Positions 12,874 to 25,691 are shown, counted from the first letter of the stretch. The stretch: 64,000 nucleotides of DNA from Parasitella parasitica NRRL 2501 (GCA_025201805.1 MU619259.1:7355-71354); one strand, 5' to 3'. Program-made: numbers and translations. The notes: generated by a model not told the origin, from the sequence alone.

Positions 12874-14179
12874 ATGCCCAATTCCCCACTTCGTTCAGGT
12901 TCTGAGCCAACACCCTCCAAAGAGAGCCCATCCAGATTTCAAAATAGATTCACTGAAAGATACAAATCTGCACTCGAGTCGCCACCACGTGAGATCTCGT
13001 CTCCCTCATTCACAACAAAAGGGAGCCCTTTAAGGTCTCATCAAGCTTCTCAACACAAGATATTTGATAACGAGAAGTATACAAGTTTTGAAATATCCAA
13101 CGAAGATCGCGGTGAGTGGAGAGAAATGACTCGAAAGGAAGACATAACTGTAAAGGAGGAAGTAGATTTAGTGAAAGTGTCTGCTTCTCCTGTACGTCGA
13201 GAATGCCCTTCACCTAAACCTTCTCATGAAATGCAATCAAGTGCTACCCCTCCTCAAAAAAAACAACAACACCAAGTGAACAACCCTCATCGCGTTCCTC
13301 ATTACATGCAAGGTACAAAGTCGTTCCACGAAAGAATAACGGCAAGAAAGGAGGAACGCCAAATAGATAATATTTTGAGGCCTCGCTCTAAAGGTGGCAT
13401 CACTGTGAGTTATAAGATAAAACATCAAGATATTGCGTTTGTAATTTAATACTTTTCTAGAAACGAGTAGGCACGTCCAAGGTACCACATTATCAGTCAA
13501 CTACTAGTATCAATGCTGTCGACGATATTCAATCTGAAATGGCTCCAGATGATGTTTATGTACCTTTGGCTGCACGCATTAAATTATTTGAAAAGGGACT
13601 TGGTAATGGTTCAAATAAACCTGCTCCTGTTGTAAGTAGTTACTACCATGCGTAGCTTATTTGTGTGTAACAACTTGTACTAACCACACTCTTCAAAAAA
13701 GGTACCAAAGTATAGTCGAAGTAATTCAATGAATAGTCATTCACCAACACCCTCTGTCGACAATTCTAGCAGACCAAGCTCGGCAAATGCTCATCGCTGT
13801 GCCCTAACTCAAAGCGAGAAAACAGATAGCATGCCTAGTTACCTCAGACAAACATCCTCATCATCTATTAAACAAAAAGAGCATCATGCCTCCGAATCAG
13901 CATTGCGAAAGAAGGATGTACAGGTATGGAATGTTTCCCTTGCTTTACATCTTTAATATCATAGGATTCAATTTGATATTTATATTATAGCCATTCCACT
14001 TCGCTAAAAGTAGACGAGCAGAACACTATGATTACACATTTAAAGACAAACTAAAGTTATGGAAAGTCAAAGACAAACAAGCAGTCGAAAATGATATAAA
14101 AAATAGAGGAACTAAACGAAAGAATACAACTGCAACCGACACCTTACAAAGACATATCAAATATAATAAAACTATCTAG
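12874..14179 (+). CDS. Basic, Ser/Pro-rich protein with a TPX2-like C-terminal motif (putative microtubule-associated protein), 4 exons
   Basis: Many SP/TP sites, PHYMQGT and PSYLRQT motifs, and VPLAARIKLFEKG. The last exon (13991-14179) reads PFHFAKSRRAEHYDYTFKDKLKLWK. The gene structure is solid; the TPX2 label is an inference. Confidence 0.6.
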
Positions 14180-14348
14180 TAACTCGACAGAACCATTTTG
14201 CAATAAAAAAAACATAGCGTACACAACAATTTATTAAAATTTATTTAAAAAGTCGTTTTATGTGGCAAATCCACAAGAGATAATTTACTTCTCCTAGAGA
14301 ATATGTTGCAATGGTTAGCCTTAGTTTTAAAAACTTTAAATAATCAAC

Positions 14349-14886
14349 TTACAGGAATCTCAACCTCACCAGCATCGATAGCATCGCAAAGATCCTTAGG
14401 GCTTTGACCATCAACAGTACAGCCAACAGAGAAAGCAGTACCGAGAATTTCCTTGACGGTACCAGAGAGCTCACGAGCCAAAGACTTGAAACGCATAGTA
14501 CGAGCAATTTCAATAATGTCTTCAAGGGAAACGTTACCACTGTGCTTAACTATAGTATGAATGAATCAACAACCATGTCCTGAATATACATTCACACAAT
14601 ATAATCTAAAAACTTACTGTTTTTCTCCTTCTTACGATCACGCAAAGGTTCCTTAAGAGCCTTGATGACCAAAGAGGAGGCAGAGGGAACAACAGAAACT
14701 TGGGCTTGGCGGTTTTGGATGGTCAATTGAACAGTAACACGGAGGCCCTTCCACTCCTTAGTACCCTTGGCGATATCTTCACCAACCTTTTTGGGAGACA
14801 AACCAAGAGGACCAATCTTGGGAGCTACATTATATTATAAAAAAAATGAGTGTGCTGGTTTTTTTTTTTTTTTTTTTTTTTTTTTT

Positions 14887-14922
<36 letters not shown>

Positions 14923-15123
14923 TTGTTCAAGCTATTTTGTATAATTACCAAGAGCAGAAGAAGCACCAACTTCACCACTATAAAGTTGCAATAAAAAATA
15001 CAATTTGGTGTTAATTAACCATGTTGCTGTCCACTGATTCAATTTTTTTCTCATGTCCAATATTTACCCAGTAGCACGGAGGTAGATAATCTTAACCTCA
15101 GAGGGATCGAACTTGGGAGGCAT
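14349..15123 (-). CDS. RPL12: 60S ribosomal protein L12 (uL11), 4 coding exons
   Basis: [48 protein letters not shown]...[16 protein letters not shown]. Includes a 29-nt exon at 14949-14977. Confidence 0.97.
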
Positions 15124-15146
15124 TTTATACTATCAACTGTGTGTTA

Positions 15147-15177
15147 GATGGATGGATGGATGGATGGATGGATGGAT
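15147..15177. repeat. (GATG)n microsatellite in the RPL12 5'-UTR intron
   Basis: Read directly from the sequence. Confidence 0.9.
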
Positions 15178-15734
15178 TGTTGCATGGTATTCGTTTCTTA
15201 CGTTGTTATAAAGAGAAGGTTGTATCAATTCTCCATTACCTTGATTTTAACTACTCAAGTCCGCTCCAGCTAGAGGTGGAGATATTCGGACATTGAAATA
15301 TTTTACGTTTGGGTTTTGCTTGATCACCTTTGAATTCTAATGACATGATATATGATACAATTAAGATCCTAAAGTAGAATGTCAATAATTTGGAAACATA
15401 CCAGTCTCTGTTGATCACATCTTGTATGATTTCGTCAAATGGCTTTTTGAAAAACCTAAGAGAATTTGCACATTTAGTAACGATTACCCTGTTGAATTGA
15501 TGGCAGTTGGTAGTTCAAATACCACCCGATTGTAGCAAGTCAAGTGCATGGTAATCAGCAAGCATTCCAGCATAATTTTTAAACCACATCCATCGTTTTA
15601 CGACGGTATGATGTACTGTTGTATCAATGCTTCTTGGATTTATCATCTTGGATCATCCTGTAGTAAAAACAAAACAAAAAAAGTAATGAGCTGTCTCCAC
15701 CTCCCGAACTACGGTAATTTTTTTCGACCTTTGT

Positions 15735-18160
15735 TCATCGAAGTACACCAAGTGATCTCCTGCTAAATGCACATCTAACCTACGACACGAAGGAAATTCC
15801 TTGTGCATTGCAAAAGATAACAATCGCCAGCATGCTTCAGCAGCAGAAACATATCTTGCATCAAGAAAATTTTTAATTTCGTCTTGCAGATCATTGTTTC
15901 CCATGTCAATTTGAGCACGATCGTAGCCCTTGTAGATATATTTGTATATATATATTACGTAGTTGACCTGATTGCAGATTTCAACGTTGATGTGCGCATT
16001 ATACTTTGCGGCCAAGTAAAGATTATGGGGCACAATCCACCCATTGTCAATGGTTAATCTGCCATTTTCCCGCATCACAGTTCGTCCTGGCATTACTTGT
16101 CTTCTATAAGTGAGCTTTTTACCTTTATCAGAATTGCCAAGAGTAGTTTCATCATTAAACGAAAAAGGATAACGTTTTGAGCATGACCCATTTTTCATGC
16201 ATGGAGCATCCGGATTCAACAATCCACATGGACCATGTATCATGCTAGTAGTAACGGTTTCGGCAAGAGGATGAGTGACAGGATCAGGAACCTCTGCGGA
16301 AACAATGTCATTGATATCTTCGGAGGTCCTTGGTTTATCATCCTCACTCAAGATAAAAAGCATGTGGCAATGAGGCAACCCTCTTTTTTGAAATTCTATT
16401 GTATAACAATAGGCTACAACTTTGCTTAAGATTGATTTCTTCAAAATGTCATCGAGCAAAGCCTTTAGCTTCTGGTTAAACACTCGGGCACAGAGGTCAG
16501 GCCTGTTTAATGGTCTTTGGTTGGCTAACAGCTCGGTGACAATCTCGGGCCAGGCAGTATTGCAAGTGAAAGTTATGAATAAGTCAGGTTTGCCAAACCA
16601 ACGAAGCAAGTTCATTGCATCCTGATATAGTTGTGCCATAAAGCGAGGCCCTCCTACAAACGATGAAGGCAAGATTACCTTCCTTCCAATAGCCCTCATA
16701 TCAGCATTGTCAAGACAAATTGCATCAGCTAATCCATTGTAAAGATCCGCACGAAGAGATTTTTGGTTGAACCGAATGAAATCTAATCTCTGCTGCTCCA
16801 TTTTTGCGTATTGATCGACATATTGGTGAAAGAACTTTCCAATAGAGCGTATCGATACTTGCATATTTCTTGCAACAGTGCAGCTCGGGTCCACGCAAAT
16901 CATAAGGCGGAAACTGTAATACTGCATGACAGATACTTCAGTACGGTTTCTATCTATTTCGTCAGCTACAGGTTCGTCGACTTCCATTCTGTTAGGGTTG
17001 TATCTCCTGACGTTGATATTCCATCCAGAGTCACCTAAAGGGAACATCAACACATAACGTAAAGGATCATAATGTTGATGCAGCTCATTAATTCGTTGAG
17101 GGCCATCACCATCCAAATTATCTTTCAAACGAAGAACAATATCCCTGTTGCATGGGTGGATGCTGCTTTCATCTTCGCCACCAACAATCAGAACTCCAAT
17201 TTCATCTGCATTCGGGGCGTTGTATCGGCGGGCATCTGGACTGCTTTCAGCACGATTCCACCTGGCTGTTCTGCACTGATTTCTTCCATGGATTTGAACA
17301 AATTCACAAAGGGATTGACATCGTGTATTATACCTTGCAGTGTTTGCATAGTATGAGGTCTTATATCAGGGTTCCCAGCAACATTCAATCTGTTCTACAG
17401 CTCATTTGCTGAATCAAAGATATAAATTTGCGCAAATCTAGGTTGCTGAATGATGTTATTTTCGTTGGGGCTTCTCAAATGATGGACACTTCCGTGGATA
17501 TGAAAAGCGTAAGTGCCGTGTTTCTCATTAGCATACCTTCTATCCAGGTCAGCATTTATCGATGTAAAACTAAGAGCAGAGTTATATGTCCTAATTTTTT
17601 TTAAGAATTCCTTCCCAACTGCGTCGTTTCTTGCAAGATAATCAACAATTGTCGCTGGAAGTGGTCGCAGTGATGCAACCATCGCTTGACCTGCTGCACA
17701 ACACATTTAAAAAATAGGGGTTGAAATACTGGAACTGATCTTTCTTTCCCCAATCCACATAGACACTCCACAGAATGAGCACAGTATTTCCATTGTTCCA
17801 ACCCTATGTCTTGGTACTTCTGTTAAGGTGGGATTTTGCGCAATGCTGGCATTTGTTGAAGCTGTAGTCTCCAAATTTGTAGGGTTTCTTGCACATTTTC
17901 TGTGAGTAGTACGTAAATGCCCTTCTCGTCCACAATGGCGACATATGACAGGAGTTGTATTCGTTGAGTTGGTAGCATCATTGAGGTAAGTATCCAAATT
18001 AATAGGGTTCCTACCACAATTCCAATGAGTGGACCAGATATGCCCCTCTCTACCACACAAAGGGCAAGTGACGATCAACGGGGTGTTAATTGGGTTTATG
18101 GCACTCTCTGGGAGTGATTCGGCTATGGCCCTCTCTTCCACAAGATAAACAGACAATGAC
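15735..18160 (-). mobile_element. Degenerate, truncated Helitron (zinc knuckles plus Helitron-like N and HUH Rep domains; helicase absent)
   Basis: Motifs ILPSSFVGGPRFM, FGKPDLFITFTCN..WPEI, YTIEFQKRGLPHCH, MIHGPCG..NP.APCM, AHINVE, YIYKYIYKGYD and ARYVSAAEACWR. There is an in-frame stop at 17707-17709 and frameshifts near 17.39 and 17.15 kb. Similarity breaks off after VYFDE. Confidence 0.92.
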
Positions 18161-18617
18161 TACTCAACAGCGAAATTATATGTTTATTAAATACTCGCTA
18201 TTCTATGGTATAAACGCACTGTCTTCAGCTAGGTTGTTCCCATTACTTGAGTTCATGGGACAATCTCTATGAGTTCTTCTATGACCTCTCCTCCGCAAGA
18301 TGAACATCTAACAGCTACTACTCGATCTGAAAATTAATTTTAGAAGCTCATAATAAGTATGTTATATCCTACTCTCTTCTGTGCTATTCGAACTGAGCAT
18401 ATTAAGATTTCTTGAAAGATCAGAAGTATATTTTCGGCCCTGAATGTTTATCCCGTAACTCGATAACTTTTTATTCAAGCAGTGATTTTTGCTTTTTATA
18501 GTGATGAATTCTGTAACCGCCCAAAATTATTAGTACATTCTTTTTGTTGTGCTTATCCGAAATATCCTGGTTTAGATATGATTGAAAAACAATTCGCCGA
18601 AAAAGATCATAAATTAA

Positions 18618-18657
18618 AGCTGGCGGTGAACTGGCGGTGAGCTGGCGGTGAACTGGC
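18618..18657 (+). repeat. GC-rich 11-mer tandem repeat (ARCTGGCGGTG, ~3.6 copies)
   Basis: agctggcggtg aactggcggtg agctggcggtg aactggc. Confidence 0.9.
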
Positions 18658-19340
18658 TGTATTGGTTATTGTAAGAGTGGTTTTACTTTTGATTTTTTCA
18701 AGGCGATGGATAGAACCTAAAAAAAAATTGAATATTAATCGCCTGGAGTATACAAATGCTCTTCTAGAACTAAAATGTTGCATCAAATGTGGCCGAATAC
18801 AATGAAAATCTTGGCGAAAACTCAAATTATATTCAGGCAATTCAGTGGCTGATCTCCTCCTACTAAATTCAGAGCACTTCCTCTACTGGATGGGCTAAAC
18901 ATCTTGTGTTCGAATAGCATTCAACCATCAGTAGTCAATTACCTCAATAATTGACCTGACGCGAGACCCAAAAGACGCGTTTAGAAGGACTATGATCCAG
19001 CCATCTTTCTCGCACTACCATCTCATGCAACATCCAAAAGATATTGATTCAATTTGATACATCCAACGGTCGGTTGTACTGGCATACAATTTTTCCAGAC
19101 CATTGTCTATACACCTCAATGTATAGGCGTACAGCAGATGTCGTCTTTCTTTTTAACCAATGCCATACATCGTTTCTGCTTCATGGAAACGACCTCTAGT
19201 AAAAAGAAAAGAAATACAAAACAATTTTTTTTTTGGGTAATAACATTAGCTGACCTACAGTATGACGCCACCTTCTGAAGTTGCAAAGGGTTAAAACGAA
19301 AAATTGCATTACATGATTTTCTCTGTTGTCCTCATTTAAG

Positions 19341-21558
19341 ATGTATTTCCTGAAAACGCCATGCAATGAATGGGATATGAAAACAGCTTTCGTTGCTTAT
19401 CTAATAGATCATGATACTAGTGTAGTAAAGGAGTTCATAAATAAGGATTTAAACATGTTGAAGGATTCAGCCAATTGCGGAAAGAAATTGAAGAACAAAG
19501 CAGATGAGTGGATACAATTGCTGGATGTAAGTATTTGGTTTATCTAATGTACAAATTATACTAAATAGATGAAATGAAAAGAAGCATCAGAAAGATATAC
19601 AGAAATATGTACGAAGCATAAAATTCAAATGATAAAGTGTTTGAATATCTCACACTGTTCAATGTATGCATCCTCAAGGCAGATAAAAGCCGCCTTTCAA
19701 CGTCTGCTCCTGGAAACAACGATGTTCGTATACGTAAAAATATCGGAAGTGTGAACTTTACCAATATTTTTAACAAGAGTGAATTTGTAAGTGTCCATCG
19801 TTTCTTTCTCAAAAGTGATGTTAATATCTCTATTTTGTCTTTTTTTTGTTTTCATGTTAGGATGGCCCTCAAAAAGAGCAAGATGATAGTAGAACAAAAC
19901 AAGTAAACTCAAAGAATGTCAAAGACGTGTATGGAGACAATCTTTTAAGCAAATCGAATACGCTCTTTGAAAACCAGTAAGTTCTTAAGCTGGTGAAACC
20001 AGTCGAATAAATATTTACCTATATTACTTACCCATAGAGACGAATCATTAAAAGAATCATATAATTTATCAGAAAATGCTGAAGGTAATTCTAACGAATA
20101 TGCATATACCCTATTCATATACGTTAAACACTAAAGATATATATGCCAATGCTCAATGTCATGAAGAACAAGAGCAAGATAGAGTAGATCAAAACGAGGA
20201 CATTGACGATGATCTGATACCTTTCGTTGCTACAAAAAAAGCATCCGCAACTGATTTCCGCAGATTGATTTTTAGAGCCGGATTTGAGCATTTCAAGAGT
20301 GATTTGTCTTTGCAAGTCGTTCACGAAATAAACATCATGGAGCAGCAATTGGAACCTAGTAATCTTGGTGAATCACTCGACCACCTTGCATATCGTATTA
20401 TCAACACAAATCAATCAGGTGAAAATAATCTTGTCTTGAAATTATCTCTTAGTCGGATCCTGTTTTTGGTGGGTGGAGCCACTTTAAAAGTATACGAACA
20501 ATTATTTCATAATCAAGACTACTTCAATGAACTTTTGAAAAGAAAGCCCACAATGGAGCTAGGTCTATCAACTGTTATGGCGAGCTATTTCGATGAAGTA
20601 ATGGAGAAAAAAAAGCTCGGTACTACCAGAACACGGGAGCACTTGATGGAGAAGCGATTGGAAGTCTTAAGAAATGGTGGCGGTGCAACAGAAGAGATGG
20701 AATTACTAGACATATTGGATTTTGTTATTTCAAACTTTGATTATCAAGCAAAGAAGAAGAGCGAATTGGCGTATTACAGATACGCGGCCTCCATACTTGA
20801 CATCATCTTTCGGAATCAAGAGTTTGGTTTGAATGAGTAAGTAGCTTGATATATATAAGTCATTGATACTCAGCAAGATAAGTAGTGGAGAGATTTGCTC
20901 GAAATCAACAAAGAACGCAAGAATTACCAATATGAAAGTTTGCAACGATACTAATGATAAAAAACCAGTTATTGGCAGAGGAATTGATCTCATGTTGATT
21001 TCCATGTCATTGGAAGTATCTTGTTCGGAATGGCAGAAAGCTGATACTTCACCTGCTCTAGTTGAGCAACAACAAATTAAGAATTGTCGCACCAATAGCT
21101 CTATCCTTCATGATCTGAAGAAATTGCCCATCGCAGAAAAACAAAAAGAAGACATGTTTGTGCTCGGCATGGAATGGATTGGTATGTTTTCACAGTTTAT
21201 TTCGATTATACCTATATTATACTGACATTCAAAGATAGGGGATGTAGGTTTTATGATATCCGTTAAAGAAGTTGAGAATGCCCATGTTGTTCATCATGTT
21301 GGGGATTTGAGCCTCCCTCGCTCATTCGCAGCATTAGAAGACTTTCGAAATACTCTGGATCTGCTCTACTCGTTCAAGCATCATTATATGAAGATGAAGG
21401 ATGTAACAGAAATCGCTCAGCATCGCTATACAGTTGACCAAAATCTTGCACGATACCGATCTTCAGAACAACAACCATCAACAGATGATGAGCCCAAGAC
21501 TTTTTTTACACCTGTCAAAAAACAGAAAACCAGCCATCCTTTCACGACCCACTTGTAG
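19341..21558 (+). CDS. Multi-exon hypothetical protein with a C-terminal PD-(D/E)xK restriction-endonuclease-like motif; the 5' part may be disrupted
   Basis: ORFs 20076-20840, 20863-21225 and 21253-21558 are linked by GT-AG introns. Motif GEICSKST...GRGIDLML...EVSCSEWQK...QQQIKNCRTN. I could not splice exon 1 to exon 2 without hitting a stop near 19.6 kb. Confidence 0.6.
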
Positions 21559-21978
21559 AAGATGAAGATGGTTTGCTCGATTGATTCCAATACCAATAAC
21601 AGACAACAACCTTATTAGTTTACTCAATAAAACTATAAATATATAGTGATAAAAAGGGGTTTAAGCGGCTATAGCTTTCTAAATGCGCGTGTCTATACAT
21701 CTTCTCTCTTCCTCTTCCTTGTCTTTTCTCTTTTCGCTTTCTTTGATCGAATATGATCTCGCTTTATTTTGATGTAGTTTTTCTTATTTTTTTTTTAAAA
21801 AAACAGTATCAAATCAATAATAAGTCTTATTACTGTAATGTGTTCAGCCTGAGCCACAACCCCGACTCTTTATTTAATAACATTCGCTTACACACATCTT
21901 GGTTAAAAAAGGTAAAAGCATAGATGGGTAAAGAATGAACGCATTTCTCAACACATACACCACCAAAATAGTGCCGAG

Positions 21979-22536
21979 ATGACTGAGGTTACGATTCATG
22001 AAAGCAACCTCTACTTTGCTGTTTCCATATTGTACCAGCAACAACTGCAACAACACCTACAGCAACAACAGCACTTGCAGCAACAGGCACACCAGGTGCA
22101 ACAAGTGCAATCAATGCCACAGCACTTGCACCTGCATCAGCCAGAGCAACAACAGCACCAGCACCTGCATCACCCAGCACCAGCACCCCAGCAAGACAGG
22201 CTTTACTTTAAGACACTTGAAGAAGCTGAAGTTCATTTCAGACAATTGAATAAAGAAAGAGGCCACTTCTTGTTCAAGCGATCATCTCAACTCAAACAGG
22301 AGAAGGGCAAAATGTTTCTTTTGCCTGAGTGCAAATTTGGCGGTGTCTTTAGACCCACAAAGAAGAAGAAGAAGAGCCTTAGTAAACCTAGAGATGCAAG
22401 ATTAGCCAAGGTAAATTGTAAATACGCAGTTCGTATTACCGAAAAAGAAGCACAGTGGGTGGTTAAGCCATCAAGATTTGAACATTCATGTGAGCCCAAA
22501 AGAGGCATTAACATTATTTGTAAATTTCAAGATTAA
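21979..22536 (+). CDS. PolyQ plus FAR1/WRKY-GCM1-type zinc-finger DNA-binding domain (MULE-transposase derived; truncated or domesticated)
   Basis: FKTLEEAEVHFRQLNKERGH..FKRSS...ECKFGG...KVNCKYAVRI...WVV...FEHSC matches the FAR1 pattern. No DDE domain follows. Confidence 0.6.
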   Translation: MTEVTIHESNLYFAVSILYQQQLQQHLQQQQHLQQQAHQVQQVQSMPQHLHLHQPEQQQHQHLHHPAPAPQQDRLYFKTLEEAEVHFRQLNKERGHFLFKRSSQLKQEKGKMFLLPECKFGGVFRPTKKKKKSLSKPRDARLAKVNCKYAVRITEKEAQWVVKPSRFEHSCEPKRGINIICKFQD

Positions 22537-23415
22537 GAATTTATCGAGTCATTAGATATTATTAAAGATATAACATACTATTTGAAGGCTCCCTATACTG
22601 AAAAAGAAAAGACTGAAATTGTTCCTCACCTCCACCAAAAGTAAATCCACCCATAAACGAAGTGTCAAATACAACATCAATCATAATACTAATATCCATA
22701 GCAACAACTTCAACTTGATCAAGGCCATCAAAATACATTACACATAAGGTTTGTCTCTGAAAATGAATGATGACGTTTGTGATACAATATCTTTAGATCA
22801 TAAAGGGGAAGACAAAGTGTGATGTGTTGTACATTCATCAGTTTCTTCAGCTTGACATTTTTCGTAGCGCAAAGTGCACATTTTGAAAATCAATAAAAAC
22901 GATTTAATTAACAATATACCCAATAAATAAATTGTAAAGAATTGGCTTGAGAGAAAAAGCAAAACATTACTTTTCGAGAAGAATAATCCATATCATCACC
23001 TTTGTTCCATAGTTTCGAGAGCAATGTACCAGTATAATGTAGAAAATTCGCATAAAACTAAATATAAAACCAACCACTCTAATATACACGCAAACTAACA
23101 TTTGAAGGCGTACATTGTCTACGGTGCACATAGTGTGAGAGACACCATGGGTTACTTGATCTTGAAAGAAACGAGTTTTATTTCAAAATCAAATATATAT
23201 GAACATGCTGGAAAAATAAAATGTAAATAGGTGATTGAACAGAAAGTGACATAAATGATGGGATACAAAAGGGTGTGGAAACCAGAAAAGTCAAGTATAC
23301 ATACTTTTGTTACAAAAAGAAGGTTAATATTTTCAATAATTTTTAGCTTTTTTATGTACTTTGTTGTATATATATAAATGAATACTTCTACGTTAGCTTT
23401 TTTGACAAGGAAAAT

Positions 23416-25004
23416 CTAATCCTTGTTCTTCTTTGCCTTCTTCTCCTTTTTCTCCTTCTTTTCCTTCTTTTCCTTCTTCTCCTTTTTCTCCTTCTTGGAC
23501 TTCTTGGCAGGCTTTTCTTCTTCGTCAAAATCGTCAGTTGTTCTCTTCATACCAGTAAGTACAGGTCCGGGAACTTCTTCATCCATGTCCAAATCCAAAT
23601 CATTCATGACCTTCTTCATGACATCAATGTTCTTTTCAGGAAGGGCACCACTGTCGAAAAATTCGAGACGTTCTTCAACTTGTTTTTTCAAAGCTTGTCC
23701 AAACTTGTCAGTTGGGCTATCTGAGAAGCAATCAATGCGAGAAGCAATGGTACACTTGTTGGCCAAGTAACGAGAAATACGGCCCTTGTTCTTTTGACCA
23801 GCGCGACCGATGAAGGAAGAGTGATAAATTAAACCATATTTGGGAGTATTACCTTTGGTCTTCAAAGCTCTGAAAAGGGCTTTTTCAGCACCCAAAATTT
23901 GCAAAGTGGAAGCAGGGTATTTTGACAAGTTAGTCAAGGAACCAGCTTGCGAAATCAAACGAGCACCAACAACTTCACCAATAAGAGCAGCCAAGTTGGG
24001 GGCAACATAGCTCATCTTGGTGACTAAATATCCATGAAGCTTCTTGCGGTATTCGGCGAGAGAGATGACACGGTCAGCAAAGTTTTGAATGTTAATCATA
24101 TCAACAGGAGAGATATCAGTACCCATAGAAGCACGAGCAGCATCCAAAATTTGCTGAGCAATAGCTTCATCACCATCGCAGATCTCAGCGATGGCTTCCA
24201 AATCAGATTCAGAGAGTTCAGCCTTGTTCTTGACAACCTTGATGAGCTTGGCATATTTGTAGTTGTCGTTCACAATCTTGATCATTTCAGGGAAATGCCA
24301 TGAATACCATTCCTTGACACGCATAGCAAATGTGTTGACGTCCTTATCCATTTGATCCAAAAGGGCGATAGCTTGAATAATCATGTTATCAGCACGGTTG
24401 ACATTGAACTTGACCTTTGCGCGAGAGTAAGAATGACCAAGACCAAGTTGAGCTTTTTCCAAATCGCCTGCCTTAAGTTGGCCGAGAAGTTTGTCAGCCC
24501 ACAGACGGATACCACGAATAAGCTCTTGGACCATTTCATCAGAAACACAATCAATGCTCAACTCACTCTTGATGGCACCAGCCAAATTCTTTTCAGTGAC
24601 ACCAAGACAAACCTTAGACTTCTTAGCAGACTTGGGAAGGTTCATTTCCAAGAAAGCCTTCAAGGAAGAGTTGACGATACCTGATCAATGAAAGTTAAAT
24701 GTCACATCTCTAGGATATGCTCTAGGAAGAGCTTACCTTCAGATACATCATTAGCGTTTTCTAGAGCATCGGCAGCATTTTTGAAAGGAGCGAAGGATTT
24801 GAGCTTCAACATTTTACTAAACTTGGAGAGATCAGCAATAGAGTTTTGGACAGACTCCAACTTTGAGCCGATCTCTTCTGATTGCAAACGTTCAAACAGA
24901 GAGTAACCTGAGGCAGTCTCAAACAAGACGTAATTGGCCTAGTTGTAGGATATAAGTATAATTACATTCAGCAGCTTATTATTTTCATATTTATTAATTA
25001 CCAT
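23416..25004 (-). CDS. NOP56: Box C/D snoRNP protein Nop56
   Basis: [46 protein letters not shown] and a KKE-repeat tail. The first coding exon is the ATG alone (25002-25004). Confidence 0.96.
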
Positions 25005-25691
25005 TTTTATTCTTTGAAAAGAAAGAGAGATTATAACGTCAAAGTCAACTTTCAAAGTTCAAAAAAAAAAAAAAACTTTTTGTGGACTTCTCTAAAAAAA
25101 ATGCATGGCGCTTATTACGACTGCTTATCCTAGCTTGTCAGATTTACACGGGCAACATTAGGTTGAGTTGGGAGGCTTTTTTGACGTTTCATGGAAACTA
25201 GGCATTATACCGTAGATGCATGGCCATGACGATGAGGTACTGTACGGTAGTAATTGAGTCGGATCATGGAAAAAAGTCACTAGCTACACCGGTACGAACC
25301 GTATATCATCGAAAAACTTATAGTAACAGCCATGGATCTCTTTCTTCGAAAGAAAGTCTTAATTCTACACTGAATTCCGCTGTAGAAAAACTTACTCTAC
25401 AGGTTATTTTGAGTGAACAGCCTCAAGCGTGTATTTTAACTCTGTGTGATGCTTAATAGATAAGATTTTGTGCCATCCAGATTGTCTAACATGCTGATAT
25501 AGCATCTTTCACTCAATTTTCTATTAATGTTTGTTTTACCAAACATTATGTAACCATGGACAAATACAATTTTCAGGAGCTGGTTGCCGCATTTAACCGA
25601 AGATGTCTTACCATCTCCGCAGATTTGTTCTTTTATTATCAAGTGTAAATCCTGGGATTCATACGCTTTTTTTCCCTAATACCAATTCAAC

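Noticed and set aside
22820-22860. CTGATGA on the minus strand as a possible hammerhead ribozyme core
   Set aside because: No stem II plus GAAA or cleavage triplet in the right arrangement.
23423-24684. Plus-strand ORFs over NOP56, and similar antisense ORFs over chitin synthase, Pol alpha and tubulin
   Set aside because: Antisense shadows of codon-biased real genes; no independent motifs.
14349-25004. Intronic snoRNAs in RPL12 or NOP56
   Set aside because: The introns are short and I found no convincing C/D or H/ACA box pairs; a covariance search would be needed to exclude them.
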